DNA of 64,000 nt from an uncultured Alphaproteobacteria bacterium. GTDB taxonomy: Bacteria > Pseudomonadota > Alphaproteobacteria > MPNO01 > UBA2964. Below are positions 56,234 to 64,000 of the stretch, piece after piece. The translations under genes were made by a program, and so were the position numbers. The stretch spans positions 140,797 to 204,796 of the forward strand of contig CALSLP010000003.1 in assembly GCA_943787225.1 (NCBI GenBank). The letters run 5' to 3'. The notes under the pieces were generated by a model. The model was given only the letters and a program-made list of their open reading frames with translations. It was not told the DNA's origin and did no database searches. How positions within the stretch are numbered: position 1 is the stretch's first letter; each line of letters starts with the position of its first letter.

Positions 56234-56240
56234 CGCGGAT

Positions 56241-57398
56241 TTAGCCGGTCTTTGTCATCCAGTGCTGTAGACGCTCAACAGCTTCGGTAATTCCGGTGGT
56301 CGGACCAGAAAACGAGAACCGGACATAGGCGTTGCCGCGTCCCTGGTCAAAATCTGTGCCTGGCGTCGCGGCAACACCAGTTTCATCCAGCATGCGCCGG
56401 CAAAAAACTTCGCTATCATTCGTCAGGCTCGAAATATCGGCATAGACGTAAAATGCACCATCGACCGGCGCCAGACGGTCAAACCCGGCCTTGGGCAACC
56501 CTGACAGCAAAATCTGTCGGTTCTGCGCATAGCGCGCCACATTTAGGTTCAGCTCTTCGGTACAATCAAAGGCCGCGCCAGCGCCATATTGAGAAAGCGT
56601 TGGTGCAGAAATAAAAAGATTCTGCCCGAGGCATTCAACGCTTCTGACAAGATCGGTTGGAACGACCATCCAGCCAACACGCCAGCCCGTCATTGAGAAG
56701 TATTTCGAGAAACTGTTAATTACCACGGCATTTTCATCAAACCGCAATGCCGACACACCGGGTTGTTCATAGGTTATCCCGTGATAGATCTCATCTGAGA
56801 TCAGCCGCACACCCCTATCTCCACAATAGGCGCTTAACGCCTGCACCTCATCTTCGCCCAACATCGTCCCCGTAGGGTTCGATGGGCTGGCAACGATCAA
56901 ACCATCGAGTTTTCCATCAATCTTATCCAACAGCTCAGGGGTCGGCTGAAAACGTGTTTCAGGCCCTGTCGGCACAAGAACCGGCTCAACGCCCAGCCCT
57001 AGCAAAATATTACGGGATCCCGGGTAACCGGGGTCTGCTATCGCGACGCGGTCGCCAACGTCAAATGCGGCCGTAAAGGCAAGGACAAAACCACCGGACG
57101 ACCCCGTGGTAATCATAATGCGTTCGGGATCAACGTTTATATTATGTAATTGCGCGTAATATTCCGATATTCGTTCCCGTACGGATAGGACACCGAAAGC
57201 TTCTGTGTAGCCGAGCAAATCATCGTCCAGCCTCTGATGGGCTGCCGCTATAACGCCGGACGGTGCCCCGGTTGCAGGTTGCCCAAGCTCAAGATGAAGG
57301 ACATCTTTGCCTTCCGCTTGACGGCGATTGGCTGCCCGCAAAACGTCCATGACAATAAATGGCGGAATTTGGCCACGCTTGGAAACCTTAAGCGCCAT
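56241..57398 (-). CDS. class I/II pyridoxal-phosphate-dependent aminotransferase
   Basis: PLP-lysine region (SFSKYFSMTGWRVG). 385 aa. Confidence 0.8.
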   Translation of the reverse strand: MALKVSKRGQIPPFIVMDVLRAANRRQAEGKDVLHLELGQPATGAPSGVIAAAHQRLDDDLLGYTEAFGVLSVRERISEYYAQLHNINVDPERIMITTGSSGGFVLAFTAAFDVGDRVAIADPGYPGSRNILLGLGVEPVLVPTGPETRFQPTPELLDKIDGKLDGLIVASPSNPTGTMLGEDEVQALSAYCGDRGVRLISDEIYHGITYEQPGVSALRFDENAVVINSFSKYFSMTGWRVGWMVVPTDLVRSVECLGQNLFISAPTLSQYGAGAAFDCTEELNLNVARYAQNRQILLSGLPKAGFDRLAPVDGAFYVYADISSLTNDSEVFCRRMLDETGVAATPGTDFDQGRGNAYVRFSFSGPTTGITEAVERLQHWMTKTG

Positions 57399-57401
57399 TG
57401 T

Positions 57402-58850
57402 TCAAAGCTCCGAGTTCACACCATAGGCGGCTGTCCGGGGATCTGTCCGAACCACACAATTTGCCGGTCGGATAACAATACCTCTATCGCAATACATGAG
57501 ATTTACCTGACCAATACTCTTACGGGTAAACGTTTGCAGCCCTTTACGAACCAATTCATCAAGAATTTTTGGTGCCTGCGATTGCTCAAGCAAAACATCG
57601 GCCGCCCCCACGCCTGGAGCGTAGCGTGGTTTTGCAAGTGCTTCTTCGGGCGATACTTTACCGTCAATCAGATGCATCAATGCCGATGCTAACGCAACGC
57701 CCGCATACCGATCGCCGGCTGCCGTTGCAGCTAGATAGGCCTGTGAAACGTTGTGATTCGCCATAACGACCGGCGCGATATTCAATCCTGTTCCAGCAAC
57801 CGCTGGAGCTGCCTGGATGATCCCGGTTTCCCCCGCTGTGACCCCCCGACCAAATGGACGGTTCATCGTCACGACACATGATGTCGCATTACCAGCAATA
57901 TCCATCGCAAAGAATCCAGCCGACCCGCCGCTACCAGCCCATTCCGCACCGCCAACATTACGGGCAGCAGCGGTTATGAGCGCCGCCTGACCAGCAGCAT
58001 CAGAAGACGAAAATCCTTTTTTATTCCCGACCTGTTCCCAGATACCGGTGGTAAGTTCCGTCCCTAACGATTTTGAAAAAGGAAAATGGAGAATATGATT
58101 GCCGGCTTCTGTCTTTACAGTCGCTTTCCAAATCGGCCGATACGCCCTTAAATCCTCGATGGTCAGCCACCCGCCAGCCTCTTTAACGCCGCTTAGGTAT
58201 ACCTGCGCCAAACGACCGGAATAAAAATCCCCCGGGCCGAGGCTGCGAATAATGCCAAGCGTCCCCGCCAGGCCAAATTGTTCGACAGTCTGCCCTGACG
58301 ACAGAACCTTCCCTTTTGAATCGGTAAACAGCTTTTGCGTACGGATGTCCTTGATTGCCTTGCTGCCGTGTTCCTTTAGCGCTCCGACAAGCCCTTTTGA
58401 AACAGGCCAACCAAACCGGGCCGCGCGTTCCGCGGGTTGCACAAGCTGTTCCCAGCGGAGCTTTCCAAAGCGGGCATGCAACGCAAATAAACCACGAAAA
58501 CTACCAGGAACGAGCGCTGGCCACCGACCTTTCGGAGGGACCGTAATCGGTAAGTGCGGAAAGAACTCAAGCGTCTCCGCTTTGTTCGTTTGATTGTCGT
58601 AATGCACACAAACGCCACCACCACCGGGGCCTGCGGCATCTGGTCGGCTCACCATTAGCGCGAAGGCCATAGAGACGGCAGCATCCGCCGAAGAACCGCC
58701 GGCAGACAATGCATCTCGCCCCACAAGCGCCGCACGTGCTTCATCCGCAGCGACACCCCCAAAATATGAATTCACGTGTCCGACAGTGCCAACGGGTTGT
58801 GGATCACTTCCTGAGCAAGCAGCCGCGAAAAAAACAACAGCAGCGCTCAT
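57402..58850 (-). CDS. ggt: gamma-glutamyltransferase family protein
   Basis: Lipoprotein-type signal (MSAAVVFFAAAC). Autoprocessing Thr region (GGTHHITV-like ... TTH). Start chosen at the ATG preceding the signal peptide. The ORF track extends upstream into the divergent gene. Confidence 0.75.
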   Translation of the reverse strand: MSAAVVFFAAACSGSDPQPVGTVGHVNSYFGGVAADEARAALVGRDALSAGGSSADAAVSMAFALMVSRPDAAGPGGGGVCVHYDNQTNKAETLEFFPHLPITVPPKGRWPALVPGSFRGLFALHARFGKLRWEQLVQPAERAARFGWPVSKGLVGALKEHGSKAIKDIRTQKLFTDSKGKVLSSGQTVEQFGLAGTLGIIRSLGPGDFYSGRLAQVYLSGVKEAGGWLTIEDLRAYRPIWKATVKTEAGNHILHFPFSKSLGTELTTGIWEQVGNKKGFSSSDAAGQAALITAAARNVGGAEWAGSGGSAGFFAMDIAGNATSCVVTMNRPFGRGVTAGETGIIQAAPAVAGTGLNIAPVVMANHNVSQAYLAATAAGDRYAGVALASALMHLIDGKVSPEEALAKPRYAPGVGAADVLLEQSQAPKILDELVRKGLQTFTRKSIGQVNLMYCDRGIVIRPANCVVRTDPRTAAYGVNSEL

Positions 58851-58908
58851 ACATTGACGCAGTGCTCTACCGTACCTACTTTTCCGATTCACCCTAGGGG
58901 AACCAATC

Positions 58909-60261
58909 GTGCAAATACGCAAATCTATTCTTCCAGTTTTCGGCATGTTCTTCCTAGCAACTGTGTGCCTTACGGGACCGGGATTATCAAGAGCAGAAGC
59001 GGTTCCCTTAATCCGCGATACAGAAATTGAAACTACCATTCGCCTCTATTCAGCGCCACTCCTGACGGCAGCAGGGCTCGAAGACGAAGCCTTTAGTATC
59101 CATATCGTTAAAAGCTCTGCCTTAAACGCCTTTGTTGCGCGCGGCCAAAGATTGTTTCTAACCACCGGGTTGCTTAGGCACAGCAAGAATGCAGGACAGG
59201 TTCTCGGCGTCATGGCCCATGAGATCGGCCACATTTCTGGCGGTCACCTTGCGCGACTTCACGGTGCTATTGAAAGAGCAGGAACAACGGCCTTTATAAC
59301 GACAATTTTAGGGCTTGCCGTCGGTGCCCTGTCTCAGAATGCTGCCGGTGCAGCAGCGATTGTCTCAGGCGGACAACACGCAGCGACTCGATCATTTCTC
59401 AATTACAGCCGTGGCCAGGAGCAATCCGCAGATCAGGCTGCCGCTTTATACCTGGACCGTATTGGGGTTTCTGGAAAGGGCCTTCTTGAGTTTCTCAACA
59501 TTCTATCAGGCCAGGAATTTCTACAAACCACGAGCCAGGACCCTTATGTGAGAAGCCATCCGCTGACCCGGTCTCGGATTAGTTTCATGGAAAATCATGT
59601 CGCGAAATCGCCAGCGACCAACAAAGAACTGCCGCCAAACTTCGTCGAAAGACATCGCCGGATGGTGGCCAAGCTGGACGGGTTTCTCGATCCACCAGAA
59701 AAAACACTAAAAAAATACAAAGAAAATGACACATCATTTTCCGCCCGTTATGCCAGAGCTATTGCGATGTATCGTTTGGCCGACCTTAGCAAAGCGCTAC
59801 CGCTTGTGGAGACACTGATCTCCGCCTCACCGAAGAACCCCTACTTCGTCGAACTTAAGGCTCAGATGTTATTCGAAAACGGGCGCCTGGAAGAAGCGAT
59901 GAAGAGCTATCAGGAAGCTGTGCGGCTTCTACCTGGTGCCCCGCTCATCAGAACAAGTCTCGCTCACGTTATTCTCGAGATGAATCGACCAGACCTTAAC
60001 GACCTGGCCTTGGCCAACATCAAGCAGGCGTTGCGGGTCGAACGGTTCATGCCGCTTGCCTGGCGCCTTGCGGGCACCGCCTATGGCCGCAAAAAGCAGT
60101 TTGGCCTCTCTGCCTGGTCATTGGCAGAGTACAATGTGCTTATAGGCCGAAAACGTTTGGCGGGCGTCCAAGCTGACCGAGCCCTCAGACTTCTCAAGGT
60201 TGGTTCGCCGGGCTGGCTACGGGCGCAGGATATTAAAAATCAAATTGATCGCAAAAAGTAG
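58909..60261 (+). CDS. M48-family zinc metalloprotease with TPR repeats (BepA-like)
   Basis: Signal peptide, HEIGH zinc motif (MAHEIGHISGGH), C-terminal TPR units. GTG start with a GGGGA RBS. Confidence 0.8.
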   Translation: MQIRKSILPVFGMFFLATVCLTGPGLSRAEAVPLIRDTEIETTIRLYSAPLLTAAGLEDEAFSIHIVKSSALNAFVARGQRLFLTTGLLRHSKNAGQVLGVMAHEIGHISGGHLARLHGAIERAGTTAFITTILGLAVGALSQNAAGAAAIVSGGQHAATRSFLNYSRGQEQSADQAAALYLDRIGVSGKGLLEFLNILSGQEFLQTTSQDPYVRSHPLTRSRISFMENHVAKSPATNKELPPNFVERHRRMVAKLDGFLDPPEKTLKKYKENDTSFSARYARAIAMYRLADLSKALPLVETLISASPKNPYFVELKAQMLFENGRLEEAMKSYQEAVRLLPGAPLIRTSLAHVILEMNRPDLNDLALANIKQALRVERFMPLAWRLAGTAYGRKKQFGLSAWSLAEYNVLIGRKRLAGVQADRALRLLKVGSPGWLRAQDIKNQIDRKK

Positions 60262-60310
60262 ACACGCCCGAGCCTAACAAAGTCCCATTCCATAACAATC
60301 AGCACCGAAA

Positions 60311-60961
60311 TCAAGCAATATCCGCGGCTTCAGGCTGTTTCGCGGGTTGAGCTGCATCGAACGCCTCATGTTCCATACAAGCGGCAAAGACGCGTTCAAT
60401 TGTCGGATAAGGTGACAGATCGCAATTAAACCGCTGCGCATTGAACACCTGTGGTACCAGGCAGATATCGGCCAACCCCGGAGTATTCCCATGACAGAAC
60501 AGCCCCGTCTCGGCACTCCCGGCGAGCAGAGGCTCAACAGCATTGAAACCCTCCACCACCCAATGACGGTACCAGGTCGTTTTTTGCTCATCACTCGCCG
60601 ATAAAGGCCCGGAGAGATAGTTTAGGACAGCAAGGTTATTTAGCGGATGAATATCGCAGGCAATGATATTGGCAAGCGCCCTCACCCGCGCCCGAGCTTC
60701 TGCACCTGCAGGCAAAAATGCCGGGTTCGGATGGGTCTCTTCCAAGTATTCCATTATCGCGGGTGACTGCAAAAGGACGGTGTCATTGATGACCAACGCC
60801 GGGACGCGTCCCTGAGGATTAACACGTCTGAATTCTTCGGATAGGTGTTGCCCCGTCGACAGATTCACCAGCTCGGTATCATAGGCTAAACCTTTAAGGT
60901 TGAGCGCAATGCGGACCCTGAAAGCCGCAGAAGACCGAAAATAGCCATATAGTTTCATCAT
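60311..60961 (-). CDS. maiA: maleylacetoacetate isomerase / zeta-class glutathione S-transferase
   Basis: MKLYGYFRSSAAFRVRIALNLKG N-terminal zeta-GST signature. Confidence 0.75.
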   Translation of the reverse strand: MMKLYGYFRSSAAFRVRIALNLKGLAYDTELVNLSTGQHLSEEFRRVNPQGRVPALVINDTVLLQSPAIMEYLEETHPNPAFLPAGAEARARVRALANIIACDIHPLNNLAVLNYLSGPLSASDEQKTTWYRHWVVEGFNAVEPLLAGSAETGLFCHGNTPGLADICLVPQVFNAQRFNCDLSPYPTIERVFAACMEHEAFDAAQPAKQPEAADIA

Positions 60962-61038
60962 TTGTCCTAATTCTCGTTTATATTTGCAAGCCTACGAAGG
61001 TCGTAAAGCTTAAAGGTGCTGAATAAGCGTGTCGACGT

Positions 61039-62184
61039 TCAGATATAATACTCTTTCAGCGGCGGGAATCCATTAAACCCTACCGACGAATAGCTGGCGG
61101 TATAAGCGCCCGTGCTTAAAACCTCGATCCGATCACCAACTGCCAGGTCCAACGGCAGTTCGTATCCCGCCGCATCATAGATAACATCAACCTCGTCACA
61201 TGTCGGCCCGGCTAAAATGACCGGGCCGGTCTCAACGCCATCATGCGGCGTCCGAATGCGATACTGTATTGCCTCATCGAGCACTTCGGGTAACCCACCG
61301 AACTTGCCAATATCCAAATAAACCCACCGCTTCTCCGCGTCCGGCGATTTTCGAGAAATCAAAACGACCTCGCTTTGAATAACGCCTGCGTCACCCGGAA
61401 TATAACGCCCAGGCTCGGCGATAATCCGTGGCAGGTCATCGCCAAAATGGCGTTTCAAACTAAGCTTGATGGCATCGGTATGAACGGGCAACTCAGACAT
61501 CGGCGTACGATAATGCGACGGGAAACCGCCACCCAAGTTTAGCATCGAAAGCTCAATGCCACGCCCGGCGGCATCAGAATAAATTCTAGCGGCTGTGGAC
61601 AAAGCAGCGTCCCAGGCTCCAGCATTCCGTTGCTGAGACCCAACGTGAAAAGAGACTCCAGAGGGGATCAAACCAAGATCAGCGGCGTTGCAAAGAAGCT
61701 CTACCGCGTAGTCTGGGTTGCACCCAAATTTCTCTGAAAGCGGCCAATCGGCGCCATCATTCGGGGTGAGGTATCGGCAATAAACGGAAGCACCAGGCGC
61801 CGCCCTTGCGAGTTTCTCCAACTCCTGAATACTGTCAAAGGCAAATTGACGGATACCAGTATCAAAGGCGCGCCGTATATGGCTCTCTTTTTTGACAGTG
61901 TGGCCGAATGAAAGCCTGTCCGGCGTGATATCGAGCGCGAGACATTGTTCGATTTCATAAATGCTGGCCGCGTCAAACTTGCTGTCCAAGTCACGCAACA
62001 AAGCTAAAACAGGCTCAGCCGGATTGGCTTTAACAGCATAATATATTTCTGTGTCCGGCAACTCGTCACAGAGCCGCCGATAGTTTTGTGCGACGATATC
62101 AAGATCAACAACCAGGCAGGGTGTGTCAGGCTGACTTTCTGCAAAAAACTGTTCAATCTTAGGTGTCATTATTTCGTGTCTCAA
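61039..62184 (-). CDS. fold-type III PLP-dependent decarboxylase (eukaryotic-type ornithine/lysine decarboxylase)
   Basis: PLP-Lys (YAVKAN), a GGG loop (NLGGGFP), and a C-terminal Cys region (GPTCD) typical of ODC. Confidence 0.85.
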   Translation of the reverse strand: MRHEIMTPKIEQFFAESQPDTPCLVVDLDIVAQNYRRLCDELPDTEIYYAVKANPAEPVLALLRDLDSKFDAASIYEIEQCLALDITPDRLSFGHTVKKESHIRRAFDTGIRQFAFDSIQELEKLARAAPGASVYCRYLTPNDGADWPLSEKFGCNPDYAVELLCNAADLGLIPSGVSFHVGSQQRNAGAWDAALSTAARIYSDAAGRGIELSMLNLGGGFPSHYRTPMSELPVHTDAIKLSLKRHFGDDLPRIIAEPGRYIPGDAGVIQSEVVLISRKSPDAEKRWVYLDIGKFGGLPEVLDEAIQYRIRTPHDGVETGPVILAGPTCDEVDVIYDAAGYELPLDLAVGDRIEVLSTGAYTASYSSVGFNGFPPLKEYYI

Positions 62185-62288
62185 AAACGCCGCCCGAAAG
62201 GCTGGACGCTCTATGGCGCCGCGCGCTTGTACACATAGAAATGATTTTGCGGAAGAAAAATCGTCAGCCCATGGGGCTTATAAATCGG

Positions 62289-62705
62289 CTACCGAAAGAT
62301 GGTGATGTGTTGCAGACCAAATAAAGCGCCGAGCCCGACAATCACAATAATCGAAAGGATGATCAGGGGCATTGCAATGCCTGATTTCTTTTTCTTTTTA
62401 ACCGGGCGTTTGCCTTTGCCGGTGCGTCCCTTGGCTCCCTTACGGCGTGCGGTCTTCTTGGCCTCGTCCTTGACCTCCCGTTGAATCACGGAGGCCTGTT
62501 TTTCAGCACGTCCCCCCTTATATAGCGTGCGCGTAACCGTTTCGTTGCTCGATTCGTTAAAATTTTCTTCGATTACACGCACCCCAGAATAGCGCGAGCT
62601 TTCATCCATCCGGCGAGCTTCAAAAAGAGCGAGCTCCTTGTCGTCGAAGACGGAATCAATTTTCCACTTACCGCCCCGGAACGTATGTATTTCGAATGCT
62701 CTCAT
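62289..62705 (-). CDS. small membrane-anchored protein (138 aa), paralog 1
   Basis: Conserved N-terminal 60-aa domain (MRAFEIHTFRGGKWKIDSVFDD...GVRVIEENF), a Lys/Arg-rich linker, and a C-terminal TM helix. Confidence 0.5.
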   Translation of the reverse strand: MRAFEIHTFRGGKWKIDSVFDDKELALFEARRMDESSRYSGVRVIEENFNESSNETVTRTLYKGGRAEKQASVIQREVKDEAKKTARRKGAKGRTGKGKRPVKKKKKSGIAMPLIILSIIVIVGLGALFGLQHITIFR

Positions 62706-62741
62706 AGTTACTCATGCAAGCCCATGCCCTATGGCACCAAC

Positions 62742-63269
62742 TCAATCCTCCATAACTTCCCGGCAATTCACTGCTCCCAGAAGTCCACTGATTGTTTCAC
62801 CGTCATCACTCATTGGGAGCAAGATGCTCCGGTAGAGGACCCTGGTACCGTCAATCTTCATGAACTCGTCGCCGTGAGACATCGGCACCCCCTTACGCAG
62901 GACATCCCGCGTATGGCTAACCGCAACGCCTATCAATGTATCCGGTGTCCAGAAAGAAACAGGTGTTCCGATTAGCGAATCAGCTGAATGGCTCATAATC
63001 TCACCACCCGCGGCCCGAAATACGGGATCTTCTTCGTGGCCGATGACCTCTAGAACAAAACAGTTATGCCACATATCCGGCATATTTTCCGGTACAACCT
63101 CGGAGAAAGATGGGTAGTCACGGTCACCACAGATCGCACGCCAATGAGTAAGAAGCCGCAAGACCAACCGTCGCTCCATACCCTGGGGCAGTTCGTCTTC
63201 AACTTTCTCGCGTGCGACGCCGTCAGGCATATTTTCGGTCATTACTTTCCACAATTCATGAATCTGCAA
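62742..63269 (-). CDS. stand-alone PAS-like domain protein (175 aa)
   Basis: PAS-fold-like pattern assigned by resemblance. No output domain. Confidence 0.5.
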   Translation of the reverse strand: MQIHELWKVMTENMPDGVAREKVEDELPQGMERRLVLRLLTHWRAICGDRDYPSFSEVVPENMPDMWHNCFVLEVIGHEEDPVFRAAGGEIMSHSADSLIGTPVSFWTPDTLIGVAVSHTRDVLRKGVPMSHGDEFMKIDGTRVLYRSILLPMSDDGETISGLLGAVNCREVMED

Positions 63270-63340
63270 ATAGGGTTACTTATTTACCTTAACAACGGGT
63301 AAACGCCCTGCTGAACAAAAGCAAAAAACAGACGGAAAAC

Positions 63341-63763
63341 TCAGGAAAAGCTCAAAAGCCCGCCCAACCCCAACAATGTAGCTACACCGCCAATGAGAAG
63401 AACAAGCGCAAATACCACTAGAGTCTTAACCGGGCTCCCGCTTTTCTTTTGCACTTGCTTGTGCCGGGCTGACCGCCGAGGAACACCCTGTGCTCCAGTC
63501 GGCTGAGGATTACTGCGCGCTATTTTCTGGGTAGTTTTGCGTCCTTGATCCAGGGCCCTGGTATTGCGCCTCCGTGTATATATTACGTCGCAGGTGGCGA
63601 TATTTGAGTCTTGATCATAGTGCTCCTTTAGAACCCGAACTCCCTGGATACGGATATCTGCTGCAAGCTGTTCAGCATCAGACATCGCGGTATCACGATC
63701 ATCAAAATAGGAGTCGAACTCCCATTTTCCTCCTTTAAACAGCTGTATCTCATATGAGCGCAT
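63341..63763 (-). CDS. small membrane-anchored protein (140 aa), paralog 2
   Basis: Same architecture as 62289..62705 (MRSYEIQLFKGGKWEFDSYFDD...GVRVLKEHY, a basic linker, a C-terminal TM). Confidence 0.5.
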   Translation of the reverse strand: MRSYEIQLFKGGKWEFDSYFDDRDTAMSDAEQLAADIRIQGVRVLKEHYDQDSNIATCDVIYTRRRNTRALDQGRKTTQKIARSNPQPTGAQGVPRRSARHKQVQKKSGSPVKTLVVFALVLLIGGVATLLGLGGLLSFS

Positions 63764-64000
63764 AAGGCGTTCCGACCCTCATGTTGGCCGAGGTCCAATT
63801 GTAAAATCGGGTTTAGTTAAAACTTAAGACTATATTTATGCGGGAAATGGTTAATTTTTCCTAAAATTGATTCGTTTCCTTTGTCGTATAGACTATGGGA
63901 ACAATACATACGGTCATTGCGCATAGCGCTATGGTGAGATAACCGTTAATTGACACGAATTTTTAATGCACAAGCAATCTGTCTGCTGAAATGCCAAAGA

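Overview
This is a chromosomal window from a moderately GC-rich Gram-negative bacterium. Gene content suggests an alphaproteobacterium: a glnE–asmA-like pair, rne with a long leader and acidic inserts, an ECF sigma/anti-sigma pair, an Rrf2–cysteine desulfurase–ferredoxin–mnmA cluster, prfB with its programmed frameshift, mrcA, amiC, ggt, and a eukaryotic-type ornithine decarboxylase. Most of it is housekeeping, but several accessory features are embedded. (1) A tightly overlapping operon has two tandem paralogous pairs of split thiamine-diphosphate decarboxylase subunits (ComD/ComE-like), next to an aldehyde dehydrogenase and a strongly AT-rich orphan 451-aa gene. (2) A tandem array of three DUF1989-like paralogs sits between GNAT and NmrA-like genes. 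(3) A tandem array of three signal-peptide-less NMT1/THI5/SsuA-fold proteins sits beside a divergent LysR regulator and two alpha/beta-hydrolases, in a block bounded by an IS3 element and tRNA-Met. (4) A second IS3 element abuts the stop codon of an HAD–UbiA fusion gene. (5) A C10 homopolymer lies in the 5′ coding region of an ECF sigma gene. (6) A PAS protein is flanked by two paralogous small membrane-anchored proteins. Many otherwise intact genes, including essential ones (ispG, tyrS, glnE) and bcp, carry apparent frameshifts. These look more like indel sequencing errors than gene decay, so pseudogene calls are tentative. No CRISPR array, rRNA or obvious prophage was seen.
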